Below are positions 49,901 to 64,000 of a DNA stretch of 64,000 bases, in pieces. A model generated the notes under the pieces. The model did not search any database and was not told the origin of the DNA. It was given only the letters and a program-made list of their open reading frames with translations. How positions within the stretch are numbered: position 1 is the stretch's first letter; the number at the start of each line of letters is the position of its first letter. A program made the translations under genes and the position numbers. Source of the DNA: Squalus acanthias. Its lineage: Eukaryota. The DNA is taken from NCBI GenBank assembly GCA_030390025.1, contig CM059433.1, forward strand, positions 15,192,001 to 15,256,000, given 5' to 3'.

Positions 49901-52900
49901 GTATTGATCACTTTAACCCCTGGCCAGTGTATTGATCACTTTAACCCCTGGCCAGTGTATTGATCACTTTAACCCCTGGCCAGTGTATTGATCACTTTAA
50001 CCCCTGGCCAGTGTATTGATCACTTTAACCCCTGGCCAGTGTATTGATCACTTTAACCCCTGGCCAGTGTATTGATCACTTTAACCCCTGGCCAGTGTAT
50101 TGATCACTTTAACCCCTGGCCAGTGTATTGATCACTTTAACCCCTGGCCAGTGTATTGATCACTTTAACCCCTGGCCAGTGTATTGATCACTTTAACCCC
50201 TGGCCAGTGTATTGATCACTTTAACCCCTGGCCAGTGTATTGATCACTTTAACCCCTGGCCAGTGTATTGATCACTTTAACCCCTGGCCAGTGTATTGAT
50301 CACTTTAACCCCTGGCCAGTGTATTGATCACTTTAACCCCTGGCCAGTGTATTGATCACTTTAACCCCTGGCCAGTGTATTGATCACTTTAACCCCTGGC
50401 CAGTGTATTGATCACTTTAACCCCTGGCCAGTGTATTGATCACTTTAACCCCTGGCCAGTGTATTGATCACTTTAACCCCTGGCCAGTGTATTGATCACT
50501 TTAACCCCTGGCCAGTGTATTGATCACTTTAACCCCTGGCCAGTGTATTGATCACTTTAACCCCTGGCCAGTGTATTGATCACTTTAACCCCTGGCCAGT
50601 GTATTGATCACTTTAACCCCTGGCCAGTGTATTGATCACTTTAACCCCTGGCCAGTGTATTGATCACTTTAACCCCTGGCCAGTGTATTGATCACTTTAA
50701 CCCCTGGCCAGTGTATTGATCACTTTAACCCCTGGCCAGTGTATTGATCACTTTAACCCCTGGCCAGTGTATTGATCACTTTAACCCCTGGCCAGTGTAT
50801 TGATCACTTTAACCCCTGGCCAGTGTATTGATCACTTTAACCCCTGGCCAGTGTATTGATCACTTTAACCCCTGGCCAGTGTATTGATCACTTTAACCCC
50901 TGGCCAGTGTATTGATCACTTTAACCCCTGGCCAGTGTATTGATCACTTTAACCCCTGGCCAGTGTATTGATCACTTTAACCCCTGGCCAGTGTATTGAT
51001 CACTTTAACCCCTGGCCAGTGTATTGATCACTTTAACCCCTGGCCAGTGTATTGATCACTTTAACCCCTGGCCAGTGTATTGATCACTTTAACCCCTGGC
51101 CAGTGTATTGATCACTTTAACCCCTGGCCAGTGTATTGATCACTTTAACCCCTGGCCAGTGTATTGATCACTTTAACCCCTGGCCAGTGTATTGATCACT
51201 TTAACCCCTGGCCAGTGTATTGATCACTTTAACCCCTGGCCAGTGTATTGATCACTTTAACCCCTGGCCAGTGTATTGATCACTTTAACCCCTGGCCAGT
51301 GTATTGATCACTTTAACCCCTGGCCAGTGTATTGATCACTTTAACCCCTGGCCAGTGTATTGATCACTTTAACCCCTGGCCAGTGTATTGATCACTTTAA
51401 CCCCTGGCCAGTGTATTGATCACTTTAACCCCTGGCCAGTGTATTGATCACTTTAACCCCTGGCCAGTGTATTGATCACTTTAACCCCTGGCCAGTGTAT
51501 TGATCACTTTAACCCCTGGCCAGTGTATTGATCACTTTAACCCCTGGCCAGTGTATTGATCACTTTAACCCCTGGCCAGTGTATTGATCACTTTAACCCC
51601 TGGCCAGTGTATTGATCACTTTAACCCCTGGCCAGTGTATTGATCACTTTAACCCCTGGCCAGTGTATTGATCACTTTAACCCCTGGCCAGTGTATTGAT
51701 CACTTTAACCCCTGGCCAGTTTATTGATCACTTTAACCCCTGGCCAGTGTATTGATCACTTTAACCCCTGGCCAGTGTATTGATCACTTTAACCCCTGGC
51801 CAGTGTATTGATCACTTTAACCCCTGGCCAGTGTATTGATCACTTTAACCCCTGGCCAGTGTATTGATCACTTTAACCCCTGGCCAGTGTATTGATCACT
51901 TTAACCCCTGGCCAGTGTATTGATCACTTTAACCCCTGGCCAGTGTATTGATCACTTTAACCCCTGGCCAGTGTATTGATCACTTTAACCCCTGGCCAGT
52001 GTATTGATCACTTTAACCCCTGGCCAGTGTATTGATCACTTTAACCCTGGCCAGTGTATTGATCACTTTAACCCCTGGCCAGTGTATTGATCACTTTAAC
52101 CCCTGGCCAGTGTATTGATCACTTTAACCCCTGGCCAGTGTATTGATCACTTTAACCCCTGGCCAGTGTATTGATCACTTTAACCCCTGGCCAGTGTATT
52201 GATCACTTTAACCCCTGGCCAGTGTATTGATCACTTTAACCCCTGGCCAGTGTATTGATCACTTTAACCCCTGGCCAGTGTATTGATCACTTTAACCCCT
52301 GGCCAGTGTATTGATCACTTTAACCCCTGGCCAGTGTATTGATCACTTTAACCCCTGGCCAGTGTATTGATCACTTTAACCCCTGGCCAGTGTATTGATC
52401 ACTTTAACCCCTGGCCAGTGTATTGATCACTTTAACCCCTGGCCAGTGTATTGATCACTTTAACCCCTGGCCAGTGTATTGATCACTTTAACCCCTGGCC
52501 AGTGTATTGATCACTTTAACCCCTGGCCAGTGTATTGATCACTTTAACCCCTGGCCAGTGTATTGATCACTTTAACCCCTGGCCAGTGTATTGATCACTT
52601 TAACCCCTGGCCAGTGTATTGATCACTTTAACCCCTGGCCAGTGTATTGATCACTTTAACCCCTGGCCAGTGTATTGATCACTTTAACCCCTGGCCAGTG
52701 TATTGATCACTTTAACCCCTGGCCAGTGTATTGATCACTTTAACCCCTGGCCAGTGTATTGATCACTTTAACCCCTGGCCAGTGTATTGATCACTTTAAC
52801 CCCTGGCCAGTGTATTGATCACTTTAACCCCTGGCCAGTGTATTGATCACTTTAACCCCTGGCCAGTGTATTGATCACTTTAACCCCTGGCCAGTGTATT

Positions 52901-55900
52901 GATCACTTTAACCCCTGGCCAGTGTATTGATCACTTTAACCCCTGGCCAGTTTATTGATCACTTTAACCCCTGGCCAGTGTATTGATCACTTTAACCCTG
53001 GCCAGTGTATTGATCACTTTAACCCCTGGCCAGTGTATTGATCACTTTAACCCCTGGCCAGTGTATTGATCACTTTAACCCCTGGCCAGTGTATTGATCA
53101 CTTTAACCCCTGGCCAGTGTATTGATCACTTTAACCCCTGGCCAGTGTATTGATCACTTTAACCCCTGGCCAGTGTATTGATCACTTTAACCCCTGGCCA
53201 GTGTATTGATCACTTTAACCCCTGGCCAGTGTATTGATCACTTTAACCCCTGGCCAGTGTATTGATCACTTTAACCCCTGGCCAGTGTATTGATCACTTT
53301 AACCCCTGGCCAGTGTATTGATCACTTTAACCCCTGGCCAGTGTATTGATCACTTTAACCCTGGCCAGTGTATTGATCACTTTAACCCCTGGCCAGTGTA
53401 TTGATCACTTTAACCCTGGCCAGTGTATTGATCACTTTAACCCTGGCCAGTGTATTGATCACTTTAACCCCTGGCCAGTGTATTGATCACTTTAACCCCT
53501 GGCCAGTGTATTGATCACTTTAACCCCTGGCCAGTGTATTGATCACTTTAACCCCTGGCCAGTGTATTGATCACTTTAACCCCTGGCCAGTGTATTGATC
53601 ACTTTAACCCCTGGCCAGTGTATTGATCACTTTAACCCCTGGCCAGTGTATTGATCACTTTAACCCCTGGCCAGTGTATTGATCACTTTAACCCCTGGCC
53701 AGTGTATTGATCACTTTAACCCCTGGCCAGTGTATTGATCACTTTAACCCCTGGCCAGTGTATTGATCACTTTAACCCCTGGCCAGTGTATTGATCACTT
53801 TAACCCCTGGCCAGTGTATTGATCACTTTAACCCCTGGCCAGTGTATTGATCACTTTAACCCCTGGCCAGTGTATTGATCACTTTAACCCCTGGCCAGTG
53901 TATTGATCACTTTAACCCCTGGCCAGTGTATTGATCACTTTAACCCCTGGCCAGTGTATTGATCACTTTAACCCCTGGCCAGTGTATTGATCACTTTAAC
54001 CCCTGGCCAGTGTATTGATCACTTTAACCCCTGGCCAGTGTATTGATCACTTTAACCCCTGGCCAGTGTATTGATCACTTTAACCCCTGGCCAGTGTATT
54101 GATCACTTTAACCCCTGGCCAGTGTATTGATCACTTTAACCCCTGGCCAGTGTATTGATCACTTTAACCCCTGGCCAGTGTATTGATCACTTTAACCCCT
54201 GGCCAGTGTATTGATCACTTTAACCCCTGGCCAGTGTATTGATCACTTTAACCCCTGGCCAGTGTATTGATCACTTTAACCCCTGGCCAGTGTATTGATC
54301 ACTTTAACCCCTGGCCAGTGTATTGATCACTTTAACCCCTGGCCAGTGTATTGATCACTTTAACCCCTGGCCAGTGTATTGATCACTTTAACCCCTGGCC
54401 AGTGTATTGATCACTTTAACCCCTGGCCAGTGTATTGATCACTTTAACCCCTGGCCAGTGTATTGATCACTTTAACCCCTGGCCAGTGTATTGATCACTT
54501 TAACCCCTGGCCAGTGTATTGATCACTTTAACCCCTGGCCAGTGTATTGATCACTTTAACCCCTGGCCAGTGTATTGATCACTTTAACCCCTGGCCAGTG
54601 TATTGATCACTTTAACCCCTGGCCAGTGTATTGATCACTTTAACCCTGGCCAGTGTATTGATCACTTTAACCCCTGGCCAGTGTATTGATCACTTTAACC
54701 CCTGGCCAGTGTATTGATCACTTTAACCCCTGGCCAGTGTATTGATCACTTTAACCCCTGGCCAGTGTATTGATCACTTTAACCCTGGCCAGTGTATTGA
54801 TCACTTTAACCCCTGGCCAGTGTATTGATCACTTTAACCCCTGGCCAGTGTATTGATCACTTTAACCCCTGGCCAGTGTATTGATCACTTTAACCCCTGG
54901 CCAGTGTATTGATCACTTTAACCCCTGGCCAGTGTATTGATCACTTTAACCCCTGGCCAGTGTATTGATCACTTTAACCCCTGGCCAGTGTATTGATCAC
55001 TTTAACCCCTGGCCAGTGTATTGATCACTTTAACCCCTGGCCAGTGTATTGATCACTTTAACCCCTGGCCAGTGTATTGATCACTTTAACCCCTGGCCAG
55101 TGTATTGATCACTTTAACCCCTGGCCAGTGTATTGATCACTTTAACCCCTGGCCAGTGTATTGATCACTTTAACCCCTGGCCAGTGTATTGATCACTTTA
55201 ACCCCTGGCCAGTTTATTGATCACTTTAACCCCTGGCCAGTGTATTGATCACTTTAACCCCTGGCCAGTGTATTGATCACTTTAACCCCTGGCCAGTGTA
55301 TTGATCACTTTAACCCCTGGCCAGTGTATTGATCACTTTAACCCCTGGCCAGTGTATTGATCACTTTAACCCCTGGCCAGTGTATTGATCACTTTAACCC
55401 CTGGCCAGTGTATTGATCACTTTAACCCCTGGCCAGTGTATTGATCACTTTAACCCCTGGCCAGTGTATTGATCACTTTAACCCCTGGCCAGTGTATTGA
55501 TCACTTTAACCCCTGGCCAGTGTATTGATCACTTTAACCCCTGGCCAGTGTATTGATCACTTTAACCCCTGGCCAGTGTATTGATCACTTTAACCCCTGG
55601 CCAGTGTATTGATCACTTTAACCCCTGGCCAGTGTATTGATCACTTTAACCCCTGGCCAGTGTATTGATCACTTTAACCCCTGGCCAGTGTATTGATCAC
55701 TTTAACCCCTGGCCAGTGTATTGATCACTTTAACCCCTGGCCAGTGTATTGATCACTTTAACCCCTGGCCAGTGTATTGATCACTTTAACCCCTGGCCAG
55801 TGTATTGATCACTTTAACCCCTGGCCAGTGTATTGATCACTTTAACCCCTGGCCAGTGTATTGATCACTTTAACCCCTGGCCAGTGTATTGATCACTTTA

Positions 55901-58900
55901 ACCCCTGGCCAGTGTATTGATCACTTTAACCCCTGGCCAGTGTATTGATCACTTTAACCCCTGGCCAGTGTATTGATCACTTTAACCCCTGGCCAGTGTA
56001 TTGATCACTTTAACCCCTGGCCAGTGTATTGATCACTTTAACCCCTGGCCAGTGTATTGATCACTTTAACCCCTGGCCAGTGTATTGATCACTTTAACCC
56101 TGGCCAGTGTATTGATCACTTTAACCCCTGGCCAGTGTATTGATCACTTTAACCCCTGGCCAGTGTATTGATCACTTTAACCCCTGGCCAGTGTATTGAT
56201 CACTTTAACCCCTGGCCAGTGTATTGATCACTTTAACCCCTGGCCAGTGTATTGATCACTTTAACCCCTGGCCAGTGTATTGATCACTTTAACCCCTGGC
56301 CAGTGTATTGATCACTTTAACCCCTGGCCAGTGTATTGATCACTTTAACCCCTGGCCAGTGTATTGATCACTTTAACCCTGGCCAGTGTATTGATCACTT
56401 TAACCCCTGGCCAGTGTATTGATCACTTTAACCCCTGGCCAGTGTATTGATCACTTTAACCCCTGGCCAGTGTATTGATCACTTTAACCCCTGGCCAGTG
56501 TATTGATCACTTTAACCCCTGGCCAGTGTATTGATCACTTTAACCCCTGGCCAGTGTATTGATCACTTTAACCCCTGGCCAGTGTATTGATCACTTTAAC
56601 CCCTGGCCAGTGTATTGATCACTTTAACCCCTGGCCAGTGTATTGATCACTTTAACCCCTGGCCAGTGTATTGATCACTTTAACCCCTGGCCAGTGTATT
56701 GATCACTTTAACCCCTGGCCAGTGTATTGATCACTTTAACCCCTGGCCAGTGTATTGATCACTTTAACCCCTGGCCAGTGTATTGATCACTTTAACCCCT
56801 GGCCAGTGTATTGATCACTTTAACCCCTGGCCAGTGTATTGATCACTTTAACCCCTGGCCAGTGTATTGATCACTTTAACCCCTGGCCAGTGTATTGATC
56901 ACTTTAACCCCTGGCCAGTGTATTGATCACTTTAACCCCTGGCCAGTGTATTGATCACTTTAACCCCTGGCCAGTGTATTGATCACTTTAACCCCTGGCC
57001 AGTGTATTGATCACTTTAACCCCTGGCCAGTGTATTGATCACTTTAACCCCTGGCCAGTGTATTGATCACTTTAACCCCTGGCCAGTGTATTGATCACTT
57101 TAACCCCTGGCCAGTGTATTGATCACTTTAACCCCTGGCCAGTGTATTGATCACTTTAACCCCTGGCCAGTGTATTGATCACTTTAACCCCTGGCCAGTG
57201 TATTGATCACTTTAACCCCTGGCCAGTGTATTGATCACTTTAACCCTGGCCAGTGTATTGATCACTTTAACCCCTGGCCAGTGTATTGATCACTTTAACC
57301 CCTGGCCAGTGTATTGATCACTTTAACCCCTGGCCAGTGTATTGATCACTTTAACCCCTGGCCAGTGTATTGATCACTTTAACCCCTGGCCAGTGTATTG
57401 ATCACTTTAACCCCTGGCCAGTGTATTGATCACTTTAACCCCTGGCCAGTGTATTGATCACTTTAACCCCTGGCCAGTGTATTGATCACTTTAACCCCTG
57501 GCCAGTGTATTGATCACTTTAACCCCTGGCCAGTGTATTGATCACTTTAACCCCTGGCCAGTGTATTGATCACTTTAACCCCTGGCCAGTGTATTGATCA
57601 CTTTAACCCCTGGCCAGTGTATTGATCACTTTAACCCCTGGCCAGTGTATTGATCACTTTAACCCCTGGCCAGTGTATTGATCACTTTAACCCCTGGCCA
57701 GTGTATTGATCACTTTAACCCCTGGCCAGTGTATTGATCACTTTAACCCCTGGCCAGTGTATTGATCACTTTAACCCCTGGCCAGTGTATTGATCACTTT
57801 AACCCCTGGCCAGTGTATTGATCACTTTAACCCCTGGCCAGTGTATTGATCACTTTAACCCCTGGCCAGTGTATTGATCACTTTAACCCCTGGCCAGTGT
57901 ATTGATCACTTTAACCCCTGGCCAGTGTATTGATCACTTTAACCCCTGGCCAGTGTATTGATCACTTTAACCCCTGGCCAGTGTATTGATCACTATCCCC
58001 TAGGCCAGTGTATTGATCACTTTAAACCCTGGCCAGTTTATTGATCACTTTAACCCTGGCCAGTGTATTGATCACTTTAACCCCTGGCCAGTGTATTGAT
58101 CACTTAACCCCCTGGCAGTGTATTGATCACTTTAACCCCTGGCCAGTGTATTGATCACTTTAACCCAGGCAGTGTATTGATCACTTTAACCCCTGGCCAG
58201 TGTATTGATCACTTTAACCACCGGCCAGTGTATTGATCACTTTAAACCCCTGGCCAGTGAGTGTATTGATCACTTTAACCCCTGGCCAGTGTATTGATCA
58301 CTTTAACCCTGGCCAGTGTATTGATCACTTTAACCCCTGGCCAGTGTATTGATCACTTTAACCCCTGGCCAGTGTATTGATCACTTTAACCCTGGCCAGT
58401 GTATTGATCACTTTAACCCCTGGCCAGTGTATTGATCACTTTAACCCCTGGCCAGTGTATTGATCACTTTAACCCCTGGCCAGTGTATTGATCACTTTAA
58501 CCCCTGGCCAGTGTATTGATCACTTTAACCCCTGGCCAGTGTATTGATCACTTTAACCCCTGGCCAGTGTATTGATCACTTTAACCCCTGGCCAGTTTAT
58601 TGATCACTTTAACCCCTGGCCAGTGTATTGATCACTTTAACCCCTGGCCAGTGTATTGATCACTTTAACCCCTGGCCAGTGTATTGATCACTTTAACCCC
58701 TGGCCAGTGTATTGATCACTTTAACCCCTGGCCAGTGTATTGATCACTTTAACCCCTGGCCAGTGTATTGATCACTTTAACCCTGGCCAGTTTATTGATC
58801 ACTTTAACCCTGGCCAGTGTATTGATCACTTTAACCCTGGCCAGTGTATTGATCACTTTAACCCTGGCCAGTGTATTGATCACTTTAACCCCTGGCCAGT

Positions 58901-61900
58901 GTATTGATCACTTTAACCCTGGCCAGTTTATTGATCACTTTAACCCCTGGCCAGTGTATTGATCACTTTAACCCCTGGCCAGTTTATTGATCACTTTAAC
59001 CCCTGGCCAGTGTATTGATCACTTTAACCCCTGGCCAGTGTATTGATCACTTTAACCCCTGGCCAGTGTATTGATCACTTTAACCCCTGGCCAGTGTATT
59101 GATCACTTTAACCCCTGGCCAGTGTATTGATCACTTTAACCCCTGGCCAGTGTATTGATCACTTTAACCCCTGGCCAGTGTATTGATCACTTTAACCCCT
59201 GGCCAGTGTATTGATCACTTTAAACCCTGGCCAGTGTATTGATCACTTTAACCCCTGGCCAGTGTATTGATCACTTTAACCCCTGGCCAGTGTATTGATC
59301 ACTTTAACCCCTGGCCAGTGTATTGATCACTTTAACCCCTGGCCAGTGTATTGATCACTTTAACCCCTGGCCAGTGTATTGATCACTTTAACCCCTGGCC
59401 AGTGTATTGATCACTTTAACCCCTGGCCAGTGTATTGATCACTTTAACCCCTGGCCAGTGTATTGATCACTTTAACCCCTGGCCAGTGTATTGATCACTT
59501 TAACCCCTGGCCAGTGTATTGATCACTTTAACCCCTGGCCAGTGTATTGATCACTTTAACCCCTGGCCAGTGTATTGATCACTTTAACCCCTGGCCAGTG
59601 TATTGATCACTTTAACCCTGGCCAGTTTATTGATCACTTTAACCCCTGGCCAGTGTATTGATCACTTTAACCCCTGGCCAGTGTATTGATCACTTTAACC
59701 CCTGGCCAGTGTATTGATCACTTTAACCCCTGGCCAGTGTATTGATCACTTTAACCCCTGGCCAGTGTATTGATCACTTTAACCCCTGGCCAGTGTATTG
59801 ATCACTTTAACCCCTGGCCAGTGTATTGATCACTTTAACCCCTGGCCAGTGTATTGATCACTTTAACCCCTGGCCAGTGTATTGATCACTTTAACCCCTG
59901 GCCAGTGTATTGATCACTTTAACCCCTGGCCAGTGTATTGATCACTTTAACCCCTGGCCAGTGTATTGATCACTTTAACCCCTGGCCAGTGTATTGATCA
60001 CTTTAACCCTGGCCAGTGTATTGATCACTTTAACCCCTGGCCAGTGTATTGATCACTTTAACCCCTGGCCAGTGTATTGATCACTTTAACCCCTGGCCAG
60101 TGTATTGATCACTTTAACCCCTGGCCAGTGTATTGATCACTTTAACCCCTGGCCAGTGTATTGATCACTTTAACCCCTGGCCAGTGTATTGATCACTTTA
60201 ACCCCTGGCCAGTGTATTGATCACTTTAACCCCTGGCCAGTGTATTGATCACTTTAACCCCTGGCCAGTGTATTGATCACTTTAACCCCTGGCCAGTGTA
60301 TTGATCACTTTAACCCCTGGCCAGTGTATTGATCACTTTAACCCCTGGCCAGTGTATTGATCACTTTAACCCCTGGCCAGTGTATTGATCACTTTAACCC
60401 CTGGCCAGTGTATTGATCACTTTAACCCCTGGCCAGTGTATTGATCACTTTAACCCCTGGCCAGTGTATTGATCACTTTAACCCCTGGCCAGTGTATTGA
60501 TCACTTTAACCCCTGGCCAGTGTATTGATCACTTTAACCCCTGGCCAGTGTATTGATCACTTTAACCCCTGGCCAGTGTATTGATCACTTTAACCCTGGC
60601 CAGTGTATTGATCACTTTAACCCCTGGCCAGTGTATTGATCACTTTAACCCCTGGCCAGTGTATTGATCACTTTAACCCCTGGCCAGTGTATTGATCACT
60701 TTAACCCCTGGCCAGTGTATTGATCACTTTAACCCCTGGCCAGTGTATTGATCACTTTAACCCTGGCCAGTGTATTGATCACTTTAACCCCTGGCCAGTG
60801 TATTGATCACTTTAACCCCTGGCCAGTGTATTGATCACTTTAACCCCTGGCCAGTTTATTGATCACTTTAACCCCTGGCCAGTGTATTGATCACTTTAAC
60901 CCCTGGCCAGTGTATTGATCACTTTAACCCCTGGCCAGTGTATTGATCACTTTAACCCCTGGCCAGTGTATTGATCACTTTAACCCCTGGCCAGTGTATT
61001 GATCACTTTAACCCCTGGCCAGTGTATTGATCACTTTAACCCCTGGCCAGTGTATTGATCACTTTAACCCCTGGCCAGTGTATTGATCACTTTAACCCCT
61101 GGCCAGTGTATTGATCACTTTAACCCCTGGCCAGTGTATTGATCACTTTAACCCCTGGCCAGTGTATTGATCACTTTAACCCTGGCCAGTTTATTGATCA
61201 CTTTAACCCCTGGCCAGTGTATTGATCACTTTAACCCCTGGCCAGTGTATTGATCACTTTAACCCCTGGCCAGTGTATTGATCACTTTAACCCCTGGCCA
61301 GTGTATTGATCACTTTAACCCCTGGCCAGTGTATTGATCACTTTAACCCCTGGCCAGTGTATTGATCACTTTAACCCCTGGCCAGTGTATTGATCACTTT
61401 AACCCCTGGCCAGTGTATTGATCACTTTAACCCCTGGCCAGTGTATTGATCACTTTAACCCTGGCCAGTGTATTGATCACTTTAACCCCTGGCCAGTGTA
61501 TTGATCACTTTAACCCCTGGCCAGTGTATTGATCACTTTAACCCCTGGCCAGTGTATTGATCACTTTAACCCTGGCCAGTGTATTGATCACTTTAACCCC
61601 TGGCCAGTGTATTGATCACTTTAACCCCTGGCCAGTGTATTGATCACATAATCCCCTGGCCAGTGTATTGATCACTTTAACCCCTGGCCAGTGTATTGAT
61701 CACTTTAACCCCTGGCCTGTGTATTGATCACTTTAACCCCTGGCCAGTGTATTGATCACTTTAACCTCTGGCCAGTGTATTGATCACTTTAACCCCTGGC
61801 CAGTGTATTGATCACTTTAACCCCTGGCCAGTGTATTGATCACTTTAACCCCTGGCCAGTGTATTGATCACTTTAACCCCTGGCCTGTGTATTGATCACT

Positions 61901-64000
61901 TTAACCCCTGGCCAGTGTATTGATCACTTTAACCCCTGGCCAGTGTATGATCACTTTAACCCCTGGCCAGTGTATTGATCACTTTAACCCCTGGCCAGTG
62001 TATTGATCACTTTAACCCCTGGCCAGTGTATTGATCACTTTAACCCCTGGCCAGTGTATTGATCACTTTAACCCCTGGCCAGTGTATTGATCACTTTAAC
62101 CCCTGGCCAGTGTATTGATCACTTTAACCCTGGCCAGTGTATTGATCACTTTAACCCCTGGCCAGTGTATTGATCACTTTAACCCCTGGCCAGTGTATTG
62201 ATCACTTTAACCCCTGGCCAGTGTATTGATCACTTTAACCCCTGGCCAGTGTATTGATCACTTTAACCCTGGCCAGTGTATTGATCACTTTAACCCCTGG
62301 CCAGTGTATTGATCACTTTAACCCCTGGCCAGTGTATTGATCACTTTAACCCCTGGCCAGTGTATTGATCACTTTAACCCCTGGCCAGTGTATTGATCAC
62401 TTTAACCCCTGGCCAGTGTATTGATCACTTTAACCCCTGGCCAGTGTATTGATCACTTTAACCCCTGGCCAGTGTATTGATCACTTTAACCCCTGGCCAG
62501 TGTATTGATCACTTTAACCCCTGGCCAGTGTATTGATCACTTTAACCCCTGGCCAGTGTATTGATCACTTTAACCCTGGCCAGTGTATTGATCACTTTAA
62601 CCCCTGGCCAGTGTATTGATCACTTTAACCCCTGGCCAGTGTATTGATCACTTTAACCCCTGGCCAGTGTATTGATCACTTTAACCCCTGGCCAGTGTAT
62701 TGATCACTTTAACCCCTGGCCAGTGTATTGATCACTTTAACCCCTGGCCAGTGTATTGATCACTTTAACCCCTGGCCAGTGTATTGATCACTTTAACCCC
62801 TGGCCAGTGTATTGATCACTTTAACCCCTGGCCAGTGTATTGATCACTTTAACCCCTGGCCAGTGTATTGATCACTTTAACCCCTGGCCAGTGTATTGAT
62901 CACTTTAACCCCTGGCCAGTGTATTGATCACTTTAACCCCTGGCCAGTGTATTGATCACTTTAACCCCTGGCCAGTGTATTGATCACTTTAACCCCTGGC
63001 CAGTGTATTGATCACTTTAACCCCTGGCCAGTGTATTGATCACTTTAACCCCTGGCCAGTGTATTGATCACTTTAACCCCTGGCCAGTGTATTGATCACT
63101 TTAACCCCTGGCCAGTGTATTGATCACTTTAACCCCTGGCCAGTGTATTGATCACTTTAACCCCTGGCCAGTGTATTGATCACTTTAACCCCTGGCCAGT
63201 GTATTGATCACTTTAACCCCTGGCCAGTGTATTGATCACTTTAACCCCTGGCCAGTGTATTGATCACTTTAACCCCTGGCCAGTGTATTGATCACTTTAA
63301 CCCCTGGCCAGTGTATTGATCACTTTAACCCCTGGCCAGTGTATTGATCACTTTAACCCCTGGCCAGTGTATTGATCACTTTAACCCCTGGCCAGTGTAT
63401 TGATCACTTTAACCCCTGGCCAGTGTATTGATCACTTTAACCCCTGGCCAGTGTATTGATCACTTTAACCCCTGGCCAGTGTATTGATCACTTTAACCCC
63501 TGGCCAGTGTATTGATCACTTTAACCCCTGGCCAGTGTATTGATCACTTTAACCCCTGGCCAGTGTATTGATCACTTTAACCCCTGGCCAGTGTATTGAT
63601 CACTTTAACCCCTGGCCAGTGTATTGATCACTTTAACCCCTGGCCAGTGTATTGATCACTTTAACCCCTGGCCAGTGTATTGATCACTTTAACCCCTGGC
63701 CAGTGTATTGATCACTTTAACCCCTGGCCAGTGTATTGATCACTTTAACCCCTGGCCAGTGTATTGATCACTTTAACCCCTGGCCAGTGTATTGATCACT
63801 TTAACCCCTGGCCAGTGTATTGATCACTTTAACCCCTGGCCAGTGTATTGATCACTTTAACCCCTGGCCAGTGTATTGATCACTTTAACCCCTGGCCAGT
63901 GTATTGATCACTTTAACCCCTGGCCAGTGTATTGATCACTTTAACCCCTGGCCAGTGTATTGATCACTTTAACCCCTGGCCAGTGTATTGATCACTTTAA
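22982..64000. repeat. 28-bp satellite array (TGGCCAGTGTATTGATCACTTTAACCCC)n, over 41 kb, about 1,460 head-to-tail copies, continuing past the window end
   Basis: Directly visible; single orientation; no spacers or insertions seen. Copy number is length divided by 28. Confidence 0.99.

Noticed and set aside
58768..58962. 64-aa repetitive ORF (ITLTLASVL)n
   Set aside because: Produced by consecutive 27-bp monomers (C-run deletions, possibly sequencing errors) inside the satellite.
22982..64000. CRISPR array (28-bp, partly palindromic repeat)
   Set aside because: Repeats are directly head-to-tail with no unique spacers, there are no cas genes, and the context is eukaryotic.
22982..64000. Telomeric tract
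   Set aside because: Only one TAACCC per 28-mer and no (TTAGGG)n run; the C-rich strand is on +, opposite to what a right-hand chromosome end would show.

Overview
Eukaryotic, repeat-dominated DNA, most likely a cartilaginous fish (shark/ray), inferred from an HE1/V-SINE-like element and the CR1/Penelope/Harbinger mix. Bases 1-22981 are a transposon mosaic. (1) A three-level nested LINE stack: an old LINE fragment split by a near-full-length CR1 (74-bp 5' monomers, esterase ORF1, decayed EN-RT ORF2), itself split by a younger 5'-truncated CR1. This nesting creates the chimeric 966-aa ORF. (2) Three Penelope-like insertions carrying minimal hammerhead ribozyme motifs; one is a near-perfect 510-bp fold-back palindrome with a 14-bp TSD. 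(3) Harbinger-type MITEs, an L2 fragment and SINEs. (4) A few minus-strand exon-like segments of an unidentified, apparently decayed gene. Bases 22982-64000 are one uninterrupted 28-bp satellite (TGGCCAGTGTATTGATCACTTTAACCCC, about 1,460 copies, running off the window). It has multi-kb internal block duplications near its left edge and is almost homogeneous beyond about 44 kb. No intact host gene, rRNA, true tRNA or CRISPR array was found.
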